Virus record (IMG/VR): IMGVR_UViG_3300020045_020734
Span: 1-50,127 of that record
Direction: 5' to 3' (one strand)
Source of the DNA: a virus
Lineage: Duplodnaviria > Caudoviricetes
Length of the DNA: 50,127 nucleotides
Shown here: positions 29,382 to 37,737 of the stretch, piece by piece
How positions within the stretch are numbered: position 1 is the stretch's first letter
Layout: every line of letters begins with the position of its first letter
Notes under the pieces: generated by a model
The model's input: only the letters and a program-made list of their open reading frames with translations
Databases searched by the model: none
What the model was told of the DNA's origin: nothing
Translations under genes and position numbers: made by a program

Positions 29382-29871
29382 ACAGTTTGAATTGGCAGGT
29401 GAATTATTGAATGATTTGGAAGCTCAAATGTTCATTGAAGGTAAAGAAAGGTGTTCTGCTTGTAAACAGTTTGATAGTATTGATGAACTTACAAATGGTA
29501 TTTGTCAAGATTGTCAACCAGTCTCTAATCAAGAAAAGCAGGAGTTAGTTTTACCGAAACAGAAGTATTTTGTTTTGAATTATCAAAAGTACACCTCTAA
29601 AAATTCACTCCAAAAAGTGATTTCGGAAGAGTTAAAGTGGTTAGAACATATACTTGTAAGTGACGTGAATGAGTTGGCAGCGAAGGTGAAACCGCTTATT
29701 GAGAACGCTTGTCAAAAAAACTCACGATGTAAGCCTGAAACGTTTTATTTCAGACATCCAGAGGATTCAAGGTTTGGTAGAGGAGTAATTGGTATTGATA
29801 ATTTCTATATGTACCATATTATCCCTATTAGTCAGGATTTTACTGAAAAGGAGGTAAGCGATGAATGTTGA
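29371..29871 (+). CDS. Hypothetical protein with two CxxC motifs (SD-linked cassette)
   Basis: CSAC and CQDC; ends EKEVSDEC. Confidence 0.7.
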   Translation: MQDKQFELAGELLNDLEAQMFIEGKERCSACKQFDSIDELTNGICQDCQPVSNQEKQELVLPKQKYFVLNYQKYTSKNSLQKVISEELKWLEHILVSDVNELAAKVKPLIENACQKNSRCKPETFYFRHPEDSRFGRGVIGIDNFYMYHIIPISQDFTEKEVSDEC

Positions 29872-30127
29872 TTTAACAAATCTCCAACGGCAAACGATAA
29901 ATGCTTACAATGATTTGATAAAATTTCTCAATAAAGCACAAATCGACGAAGACGGCTTCATTAAGATTTATGCAAATGAACTTGACCATAAACTAACACA
30001 AGTTCATAATAACCTTGCTTTTGTGGGTGGTTTGTTTGTTGGGGAAGAAGTTAAGAGTTTGTGGGAAGTAGAGCCAAATTTACACATTTTGAGCTTCGAT
30101 ACTGAAAGGGAGGTGAGCGATGTTTAA
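29861..30127 (+). CDS. Hypothetical protein (SD-linked cassette)
   Basis: Ends EREVSDV. Confidence 0.7.
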   Translation: MNVDLTNLQRQTINAYNDLIKFLNKAQIDEDGFIKIYANELDHKLTQVHNNLAFVGGLFVGEEVKSLWEVEPNLHILSFDTEREVSDV

Positions 30128-30338
30128 ACCTAATCCTAATGGCGATTTAAGTAAAGCACAAATGGTTTTAAGAAATGTATTAGAAACATTCCTTAGTCAA
30201 TTCGAGCCTGAATTTTATGATGATGAAGTTTCAATAGATGAAGTGAAATGGTTTGTAGATTTACTTATGGCTCAAGAAGTTACTCTTCAATATTTTGGTC
30301 AACAATCAGAAAAGGAGGTGAGCGAAAACAATGGATGA
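30120..30338 (+). CDS. Acidic hypothetical protein (SD-linked cassette)
   Basis: Ends EKEVSENNG. Confidence 0.7.
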   Translation: MFKPNPNGDLSKAQMVLRNVLETFLSQFEPEFYDDEVSIDEVKWFVDLLMAQEVTLQYFGQQSEKEVSENNG

Positions 30339-30615
30339 TGATATAACTGTATATCTGAGTGCAATCCAAAAAAACAATGTGGCAGTTAATTCACCGTACA
30401 GACGTGCGGCATTGTTGTCGATGCGTGCCAACGCTGAAGGATTGCTGAGGCAGATTAATAAATGTTTGGGATTTGACAATGTAGTTGTTCCTGGGCGACA
30501 GGTTGGGCAGACTGTAATGCGTGAATTGGCGGAGTATAAATGTCCTGATTGTGATGATAAGTTCAAAAGTAAACAAGGACTGAACTCGCATAGAGGTAAG
30601 AAGCATAAGGCTTAA
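30331..30615 (+). CDS. C2H2 zinc-finger protein
   Basis: YKCPDCDDKFKSKQGLNSHRGKKH. Confidence 0.7.
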   Translation: MDDDITVYLSAIQKNNVAVNSPYRRAALLSMRANAEGLLRQINKCLGFDNVVVPGRQVGQTVMRELAEYKCPDCDDKFKSKQGLNSHRGKKHKA

Positions 30616-30687
30616 AACCTAAGTGCGTATAGTGAAAAGAGTTAGTAAAATTAGTACCTAAATTTTAAACAAAAAAAAACAGAAAAA

Positions 30688-31512
30688 ATGAGTAACTGGA
30701 GAGATTCGCAAAACCAAGCACAGAAAGAACAGAATGTTAAATTAAAGAAAGACTTTTCTGTTGATGTAAGATTTACGGGTGATGACAACAACCGTGTACC
30801 ATCAATCGTGAGAACTGAATTGATTGGAGAGGAGTTTAAAGACACCATATTTGAAACGGTGTCAGGGCTGTATGTTGGGTCATTCTTGATTGTTGAAGGT
30901 TATCACGAAGGAGAGAAAAGGAAGTATCAAACGTCTCCTTATTTTGCAAAAGAAAACATTGTTTGGATTAATGACAAATCGAAATCTTTTGGGGCTGAAC
31001 AATTCACCGTCGAGGAAGCAAAAGCAATCCTAAAGAAAAAAGGTTGTAATGTTGGCACGAAAGCAGTTGTAGTTTTAGCGACTGAAAAGGGCATTTTTAC
31101 CGTAAAAACAAATTCTACTTTATGGTTCAACCAGTTTAGTCCATTCGAATGGTCTGGGACTTCAAAGGATTATTATCTGGACCTTACAGCGATTGCTTTT
31201 AACCCTACTGATGTAATGTTTAGTAAGGTTAGTCCAGAGTATTATGCGAATATGACTGATGGTCGCTATCCTGCTTGTTTAAAGATTGCACAGGGTAAAT
31301 ATGTGACTGATGAAATAGCGAAAAAGATTAACGCTCAGGAGGCTTTTGAAAACTTTATTGACTACCGAGACTCTATTAAGCGAATTGTGAAAAGCCAAAA
31401 CCAGAATAGTAGACCACAGGCGACACCGCAACAACCTTTTAGAACGCTTCCTGCATCTGAACCTGTACCATTGCCAACATTTACGGCAGGAGGTCAAGAC
31501 CTACCATTTTAA
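30688..31512 (+). CDS. Possible ssDNA-binding or recombination protein
   Basis: 274 aa, Q/P-rich disordered tail ending DLPF like an SSB C-terminus. Confidence 0.4.
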   Translation: MSNWRDSQNQAQKEQNVKLKKDFSVDVRFTGDDNNRVPSIVRTELIGEEFKDTIFETVSGLYVGSFLIVEGYHEGEKRKYQTSPYFAKENIVWINDKSKSFGAEQFTVEEAKAILKKKGCNVGTKAVVVLATEKGIFTVKTNSTLWFNQFSPFEWSGTSKDYYLDLTAIAFNPTDVMFSKVSPEYYANMTDGRYPACLKIAQGKYVTDEIAKKINAQEAFENFIDYRDSIKRIVKSQNQNSRPQATPQQPFRTLPASEPVPLPTFTAGGQDLPF

Positions 31513-31555
31513 TTCATTGCTACCTCCTTCGGGGGGTAGCTAATCCCTTAGAAAA

Positions 31556-31864
31556 ATGAAACCAAGATTGTATATCAGCAAATCTCCGCTGAGAAAAGCA
31601 AAGGGTATTTTCTTTTTGCCAGCAAGTAAAAAGGGCATTTGGTTTACGTCAGCAGAACCATCAAAGTATAGTCCGATGACTTGGTGGCAGACCTACGATG
31701 GCACACGATTATTTATTATGGTAGGTGTTTATGTTTGTAGAGTTCATAAAAAATTGCGGGTTGAACTTCGGGAGGCAGGTATGAAAAATGGCATTTACGT
31801 TGACTATGACCTGTTTGATAAGTCAATTCAAGAGGGTTTGTATGTTACCTATGTAATCGAATAA
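31556..31864 (+). CDS. Hypothetical protein
   Basis: 102-aa ORF. Confidence 0.55.
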   Translation: MKPRLYISKSPLRKAKGIFFLPASKKGIWFTSAEPSKYSPMTWWQTYDGTRLFIMVGVYVCRVHKKLRVELREAGMKNGIYVDYDLFDKSIQEGLYVTYVIE

Positions 31865-31867
31865 TAT

Positions 31868-32044
31868 ATGAAAGAATGTGGTAATTGTGAGCATGGACGT
31901 ATTACTGGAGCAATAGAAGGGCTTTGCACCGATAAGAAAATCAAGCCCGAAAATGCACCAATGAGGTACTGTTTAATTGATAGAAAATATGTTCAGGTAA
32001 TCAACTCCTGTAAAAATCACTCCGATGGGAAAGAAAACAATTGA
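31868..32044 (+). CDS. 58-aa Cys-rich protein (absent from the ORF track)
   Basis: MKECGNCEHG...; fills the gap between co-oriented genes. Confidence 0.5.
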   Translation: MKECGNCEHGRITGAIEGLCTDKKIKPENAPMRYCLIDRKYVQVINSCKNHSDGKENN

Positions 32045-32468
32045 AATTATTGATTCGTTTGCGGAAAGTATAACGAAGCGATTGGTTGACATTCGATATT
32101 TTGAAACTGATAAAATTAAAGAAGTATTATCAGTACAATTAAAAATGGCAATGTGCGACTGCCTAAAAGTGCAAATTGATGATGTGCAAAAAGCTATTAA
32201 TGCTAAAAAAATGCAACTCACAGATGCGATTGGCGTGGATTCTCGACTACAAAAAAAGCTACAACGTGAGCTGATTGAACTCAAAGAAAAACGGCATGAA
32301 ATGCAGAGTACGGTTAATCAAATTGATATTGAAAACCGTAGTCATAAGCGAGAAAAAGCCTTATTCATTACTCGTGAACTCATTTTTGAACGATTTGGAA
32401 AGGATACTTTGGAAGAAATTAAAGTTGAAGTAAACCGCAGAATGGAACTTAAAACCTTGCAACATTGA
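32025..32468 (+). CDS. Coiled-coil hypothetical protein
   Basis: 147 aa, charged helical. Confidence 0.6.
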   Translation: MGKKTIEIIDSFAESITKRLVDIRYFETDKIKEVLSVQLKMAMCDCLKVQIDDVQKAINAKKMQLTDAIGVDSRLQKKLQRELIELKEKRHEMQSTVNQIDIENRSHKREKALFITRELIFERFGKDTLEEIKVEVNRRMELKTLQH

Positions 32469-32731
32469 TGGAAAATGAATTTTTAGATACCGTAGAGGCT
32501 TTTGTTTCAAAGGTGGATTTTGCAGATAATAGCTATCTATTAAGGGATATTCCGATTTACCATCGCCAAAGTTTTCTAAAACTTTTGAAGTTTGGGGCCT
32601 CTATCACAGTTGCCATAAGAGCAACTGCCAAAATAGAACAAATGAGTATCCATACTCAATTAACACAAGGTGACGTACTTAACTATCTGCCCGATTTTCG
32701 GGTGCTAATCTCAATACTTGATGGAAAATAA
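32468..32731 (+). CDS. Hypothetical protein
   Basis: TGATG coupling. Confidence 0.55.
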   Translation: MENEFLDTVEAFVSKVDFADNSYLLRDIPIYHRQSFLKLLKFGASITVAIRATAKIEQMSIHTQLTQGDVLNYLPDFRVLISILDGK

Positions 32732-33005
32732 ATCAAAAATTAGTTTTAAAAAGCTAATAATTATCAATGTTGTAATAGTATTAGGGATGATGTTTAATAC
32801 TTGGCAAGGGTATCGTTTTGGCTATGGGAGAGGTAGAGATGATGGAATCGTGATAGCTTTAGATACAATAATTGCTATTACCGATAGGCATTCAAAATGC
32901 GATACTTGTGTATCATCAATTTATTATGTTAGTGGTATTGGGGATACAACAACCTATTTTTTATCTAAAAAAAACTTTAAGAAAGTAATTAAATGGAAAC
33001 AATAA
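32721..33005 (+). CDS. Membrane-anchored hypothetical protein
   Basis: N-terminal TM, GYxxGYxxG motif. Confidence 0.55.
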   Translation: MENKSKISFKKLIIINVVIVLGMMFNTWQGYRFGYGRGRDDGIVIALDTIIAITDRHSKCDTCVSSIYYVSGIGDTTTYFLSKKNFKKVIKWKQ

Positions 33006-33322
33006 AATCATTGGTTGAAACTCAAATTGATGAGTTTTTGACGGAATTGAACGGACGCTATCAAGCGGTGGTATCGGATAAGTTTTTGAAAGCATATTTA
33101 ATCCGGTCTTTTGAAGAATATTATGCAAAAGCAAGGCAACGAAGTCCAGTTATCAACTACGAAAATGTAGCTTATGGGTGTTCGGTTTACTTGTTTGAAA
33201 CAGTTATAGAGTACGGTTGTGGAACAGGTTTTAACGGCCATCATACAGCACAACGGTTTGCGGAACATTTCAAGAGATTTACTTACCAAGGTAATTTTAA
33301 TAGTGAGGTACAAACGTGGTAA
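32993..33322 (+). CDS. Hypothetical protein
   Basis: 109-aa ORF. Confidence 0.55.
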   Translation: METIKSLVETQIDEFLTELNGRYQAVVSDKFLKAYLIRSFEEYYAKARQRSPVINYENVAYGCSVYLFETVIEYGCGTGFNGHHTAQRFAEHFKRFTYQGNFNSEVQTW

Positions 33323-33354
33323 AATTTCACCATTCAACAATCAAGATATTCAAA

Positions 33355-33765
33355 ATGGAACAAGAATTAAGACAAATGAAGATTTCAGAACTACAAGAGG
33401 TAGTTCATCAGAATGCTAAGGATAAGGGATTTTATGATAATCCTAATCAAAATTTTGGCGAAAAATGTATGTTAATCGTTTCGGAAGTTTCGGAAGCATT
33501 GGAGGCTCATCGAAAAAGTAAGTTTGTTGATTTTGCAAGGTTTGGAACCGATTATGGTGGAGAAGCTCATTGGATGACTCCTGAAAAATGGAAGCGAATA
33601 CGGTTTGAGACTGATGTAAAAGATACCGTTGAAGATGAATTGGCGGATGCTTTGATTAGAATTTTGGATTTGGCAGGTTGGCTTAATATTGATTTAGAAC
33701 GCCATGTAGCTTTGAAAATAGAGTATAACGCAGGACGTGAAAGGCTACATGGGAAACGGTATTGA
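33355..33765 (+). CDS. MazG-like nucleotide pyrophosphohydrolase
   Basis: SEVSEALEAHRK and EDELADALIRILDL motifs, RLHGKRY end. Confidence 0.85.
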   Translation: MEQELRQMKISELQEVVHQNAKDKGFYDNPNQNFGEKCMLIVSEVSEALEAHRKSKFVDFARFGTDYGGEAHWMTPEKWKRIRFETDVKDTVEDELADALIRILDLAGWLNIDLERHVALKIEYNAGRERLHGKRY

Positions 33766-33842
33766 AAAAACCTCACCCCAACCCCTCAATTGAAGTAGAC
33801 AATAAGATTAACGAGTTAGAAAAAGGAAATCAAACTAATGCT

Positions 33843-34094
33843 ATGACAAACGAACACGTGAATAACCCAGCTCATTACGGTGGTGCTGATAATCCATACG
33901 AAGCTATTAAGGTTATTGAGGCTTGGGATTTGGATTTTAAATTAGGTAATACCGTTAAGTACATTTCGAGAGCAGGTAAGAAAGAACCTGAAAAGCTGCT
34001 TGAAGATTTGGAGAAAGCGAAATGGTATTTGGAACGAAAGATTAGTGAATTGAAAACGACAAAATGGAAGAATCTTAAAGTAATTCCTCAGTAG
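33843..34094 (+). CDS. DUF3310 family protein
   Basis: VNNPAHY, GNTVKYISRAGKK, EDLEKAKWYL. Confidence 0.9.
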   Translation: MTNEHVNNPAHYGGADNPYEAIKVIEAWDLDFKLGNTVKYISRAGKKEPEKLLEDLEKAKWYLERKISELKTTKWKNLKVIPQ

Positions 34095-34098
34095 TGTT

Positions 34099-34133
34099 AA
34101 ACCTCACCCCAACCCCTCTCCGATGGAGAGGGG
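34099..34133 (+). repeat. REP-like palindrome; its first 20 nt also occur at 33768-33787
   Basis: AAACCTCACCCCAACCCCTCTCC-GAT-GGAGAGGGG. Confidence 0.65.
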
Positions 34134-34149
34134 CTAAACAAAAGCAACA

Positions 34150-34383
34150 ATGACAACGAAACGGCACATGAGTATGAATATTCAAGGACTCTTGAATAAT
34201 TATAAGCGTAAAAAAATCAACTTTTTTAGTGATGATGATGGTAACGAAATTTCTGATAAAGAGGCAAGAGCCTACCTGAAAGAATGCCAGGATAAAGGTT
34301 GGAAGTTAATTCCATGTAGTAGCGATTGTGAAGGGTTTGACCATTTTGGTGGTGGTTGTCCCGGACATTTGGTTTTAGTATAA
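34150..34383 (+). CDS. Small conserved phage protein
   Basis: CEGFDHFGGGCPGH C-terminus. Confidence 0.6.
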   Translation: MTTKRHMSMNIQGLLNNYKRKKINFFSDDDGNEISDKEARAYLKECQDKGWKLIPCSSDCEGFDHFGGGCPGHLVLV

Positions 34384-34432
34384 AATATTACTCAACGCCT
34401 CAAAATTAGAGGCTTAAACCCAAAAGCAAGAA

Positions 34433-34951
34433 ATGGCAAATGTATTTAATGTACTCGACGCTGAAATGTTAGCAAATAAACTTTGTGGAACTAATCATGA
34501 AGAAACTGACGAGATTGAAACAGCAATTAATGAAAAGTATGATATTGATTTAGAAAACTTTATTGTACTGGTTAGCGATTTAATGAATCTAATGAGCATT
34601 GGAGTTAGTCCGCTGACCAATACTCCAATGATTGGTTTTGCTGATGAACAGAATAGTATTTGGCTAATTAAAAAAGAGATTACCAGTCAATTCATAGGAA
34701 GTGTTATTCAGTGGCTAATGGAAGGGGAATCACTTGATAAAAAGCCAAAAGGAATTACTCGATTTATCAGTATTGAAGATGTGCCAGTGTATGATATAGT
34801 TATTCGGAAGGCTGAAATTGAAGAACTAAAATCAACTGATAATGGCTGTAACGTTGCTTGTGGTGAAAATTATTGTGATGAAAATGGTTGCGTTAATCGT
34901 AAAAGGATATTGACTGAACCAATTGAACCAACAAAATCAAATAATATCTAA
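34433..34951 (+). CDS. Acidic hypothetical protein
   Basis: 172 aa with a Cys-rich C-terminal segment. Confidence 0.6.
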   Translation: MANVFNVLDAEMLANKLCGTNHEETDEIETAINEKYDIDLENFIVLVSDLMNLMSIGVSPLTNTPMIGFADEQNSIWLIKKEITSQFIGSVIQWLMEGESLDKKPKGITRFISIEDVPVYDIVIRKAEIEELKSTDNGCNVACGENYCDENGCVNRKRILTEPIEPTKSNNI

Positions 34952-35467
34952 ATGTACTACAAAATAGAAAATACGGCATCGGAGGTTTATGTAAAACTTC
35001 ATGCTCTCAGAACGAAGGAGTTAAGAATTGAGAAGGAAAACAAGTTGGCAATTATTGCGAAGTTTGGTAGCGACTTTGGTCAATTTTTTGGAATAGATGG
35101 ACAACAGCAATTCCGAAGGGTAACGCAATATAAAGGCTTTGCTTTTACTAATCCCGAAAATCTTGAGTTGAAAGACTGGGTAACTCACAAAGAGAATTCT
35201 TCTATTTATCTACCAAATCGGAGAACTGCTAAAGGTCGAGAAATTGCCCAATTTCTATTTAATGGTTTAGAACAAAGTTGGTACTTAGATGTAATCGAAA
35301 TATTAGCATTAAAGAATCTCAACCATTTTATTTTTCCATTCGTTGTAATTGCTGGTGATGTGATTCTTATTTTTTTGGATGATAAGCATGAACCAAGCGA
35401 TAAAAATGTTATTGAAATAACAAAGCGAGAATTTAACGAGATTTATCATAAAACAGAAGTAGCATGA
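34952..35467 (+). CDS. Hypothetical protein
   Basis: 171 aa, PNRRTAKG motif. Confidence 0.6.
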   Translation: MYYKIENTASEVYVKLHALRTKELRIEKENKLAIIAKFGSDFGQFFGIDGQQQFRRVTQYKGFAFTNPENLELKDWVTHKENSSIYLPNRRTAKGREIAQFLFNGLEQSWYLDVIEILALKNLNHFIFPFVVIAGDVILIFLDDKHEPSDKNVIEITKREFNEIYHKTEVA

Positions 35468-35775
35468 AAATTATAGATATAAGCCAAGAATTTTTAATTG
35501 TTTGCGACAACGTAAGGTGCGATTTTAAAATACCAAATGAAACTGGCGACCCAAATATAGAAACGTCACATTACATCAATGCTCATTGCCCTAAATGTGG
35601 TGAAATATTATTAACTCAGCAAGACTATGACGACTCAGCAAAGCTGATGAAGACAATTAATTGGGCAAATAAATGGTTTGGGTGGTTGTCAATATTTTTC
35701 AAAAAGCAAGAAGTTAAAAAAGCGGCAACGATTCATGTTCATGAAGGAATCAAAATTGAACATATAAGTAAATAA
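35464..35775 (+). CDS. Zinc-ribbon hypothetical protein
   Basis: CDNVRC and CPKC. Confidence 0.6.
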   Translation: MKIIDISQEFLIVCDNVRCDFKIPNETGDPNIETSHYINAHCPKCGEILLTQQDYDDSAKLMKTINWANKWFGWLSIFFKKQEVKKAATIHVHEGIKIEHISK

Positions 35776-35943
35776 AATTTTAGTCAACCATAGGCTTTCG
35801 GGGAATCGTTAGGCGACTGACGTTGGTGGATAAAAGAACTGGACCCGCATTAAATCAATTGTTGAACCCTTAAACGATAGAAATCATGTAAGCCTTTATT
35901 TTAAGCCCTACAAGGTAGGCATTAACGAAATTAAGATAGTGCG

Positions 35944-35976
35944 TAAAGCTCGTGGATACTTTCTGCGAGCTTTATT
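35944..35976 (+). terminator. Terminator ending the early operon
   Basis: TAAAGCTCGTGGA...TCTGCGAGCTTTA stem followed by TTT. Confidence 0.65.
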
Positions 35977-36143
35977 TGTATAAGGGGGATACCCTTTTTT
36001 AATTAATACATACTATACTTAGTCTATCGAATTTGATATATACAATAAATGCTTGCGGTTTATTTTTATTTTCAGGTCTATTTGGGCGACGGCTTTTACC
36101 CCTTTTAACCCCTTTTTATAGAATATAGAAAACGTTGAAACTC

Positions 36144-36404
36144 TGTATATTTGTATGCAAAATTTTGAGACGAAAATAAAACCTTAAAAATCAGCGACTT
36201 GTATAAGAGATTTTAGATACAATTATTTTATTAATTTGTAACTGGATACAAAAAAGTTGTATATAAAAAAGGGAGAAACTGCCTGATACAACTTGATACA
36301 AGTTTTGATACAGTTTGATACAAATTTATTTTTGATTAATATTGTTGTAAGTATCTGACAATCAGTATATTAATACAGAAATACAGATATACAGTAAAAT
36401 ACAG
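36144..36404. repeat. ATACA iteron cluster, candidate replication origin
   Basis: Six GATACA, four ATACAG and four reverse TGTAT copies in an AT-rich non-coding gap. Confidence 0.6.
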
Positions 36405-36502
36405 CGATTTACGCAAAGTAGAATTGTCGTGCTTTGCTTGAATGCTTCGGTTATTTTGCGATTAATATTAGAATAGTGCAATTTCATCAAACCACATTGA
36501 TT

Positions 36503-36997
36503 ATGATTAAGACAAAAATCCAAGTGAAAGACCGTTATGTACGCAGATTTATCATGAACCGATATGGAAACGGTGAGCCTGTCATCAAAATTGATAGGCG
36601 TAGTTTGTTGGGAAAGGTTGTTGAACTTGGATGCAGTAAAATTGGCTATCAGCATTCGTTACCGAGACAACCGCAGATTAACGAAAGCTTGTCGATTACG
36701 ATTGAGATGCCAGATTCGTTGAAAAATGATTTTATTCAACCGCAGAAAGTGTTCATCTTGTCGGACGTGCTAACTCGTCATTTCTACGAGATGTTTATGT
36801 GCGAAATTGAGGTATTGATTGAAGGTGGTTTGAGTGACTATGATGCCGTGACTCATTACATGAAAAAGTACGGTTTTGAAGATGATGGAAAGATAGATGA
36901 TAAGCTACGAAAAAAGTGGCGTGACCATCAGTATTTACACCGAAAAAAGACGGAGAAATTAATTGAAAAGAAAGTAGAGGAGTTTTTGTCAGAATAA
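36503..36997 (+). CDS. Hypothetical protein, candidate late-gene activator
   Basis: Start reassigned to ATG 36503; basic helical C-terminus; last gene before the first late promoter. Confidence 0.45.
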   Translation: MIKTKIQVKDRYVRRFIMNRYGNGEPVIKIDRRSLLGKVVELGCSKIGYQHSLPRQPQINESLSITIEMPDSLKNDFIQPQKVFILSDVLTRHFYEMFMCEIEVLIEGGLSDYDAVTHYMKKYGFEDDGKIDDKLRKKWRDHQYLHRKKTEKLIEKKVEEFLSE

Positions 36998-37054
36998 GAT
37001 ATTTACTCGTTTTTTTTAAGATTTATTCGTGAAAAAATATTTTTTTTGTTAGTC

Positions 37055-37090
37055 AAAAACCCTCATTACGTAACGTAATGAGGGTTTTTT
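37055..37090 (+). terminator. Intrinsic terminator
   Basis: AAAAACCCTCATTACG-TAA-CGTAATGAGGGTTTTTT. Confidence 0.85.
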
Positions 37091-37112
37091 GTTTGAATTT
37101 ATCGAAAATGTA

Positions 37113-37147
37113 GTCCTACCAAATCGCCTAAATTGTCCATAGTTTTG
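37113..37147 (+). promoter_or_regulatory. Putative late promoter, GTCCTA-N21-TAGTTTTG
   Basis: Perfect TAnnTTTG element, same spacing. Confidence 0.8.
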
Positions 37148-37166
37148 TTATGAAAAATTAGAACAA

Positions 37167-37727
37167 ATGGAAGACATTGAAAAGATTTGTAGTGAGACGA
37201 ATGCCGCAGGGGTTCGACGTGTAAAACTTGTTGATGTTAGTGACATTTTGTCGATAAAAAAACCTTTTTTACATCGTAAAGAAGGTGTCAAAAATTGGCA
37301 CGTTCCGCTATCTGGATTTAAGCTAAAACCAACTGCAACGATAGTTTCGATTGAGTTCTTTTCAGGATTGGCAAGCATGACGGAAAATTTAATTGAAAGT
37401 GAAGGTGGAATAGCCTTCCAAACTAATGTGGATACCTCAGTAAAGATTGACAATGCAGATTGTGCAATGGCAGTTTCGCTTTTAGTGGACAGAGGCTTGA
37501 TAGGATTGGTTGAAGATAGAAATGGTACTTGTAAGGTATTAGGAGATTTGAAACAACCGCTTCGGTTGGTTAGTACGTTGGTATCCATTGGTGCAAATGA
37601 AAGACTGCTTGGGTTTAGCTGTACGATGAAACATCAGGCATATTTTATTGAGACTATTAGAGAGGAATATTTATTCTTGGGCCATACGAGAGCATTCAGT
37701 AAAGGATTTTCATTTGGGTTTAAATAA
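37167..37727 (+). CDS. Tail-tube-like adaptor protein, paralogue B
   Basis: Paralogue of 11783..12346; C-terminal FSKGFSFGF motif. Confidence 0.6.
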   Translation: MEDIEKICSETNAAGVRRVKLVDVSDILSIKKPFLHRKEGVKNWHVPLSGFKLKPTATIVSIEFFSGLASMTENLIESEGGIAFQTNVDTSVKIDNADCAMAVSLLVDRGLIGLVEDRNGTCKVLGDLKQPLRLVSTLVSIGANERLLGFSCTMKHQAYFIETIREEYLFLGHTRAFSKGFSFGFK

Positions 37728-37737
37728 TATTATAAAG

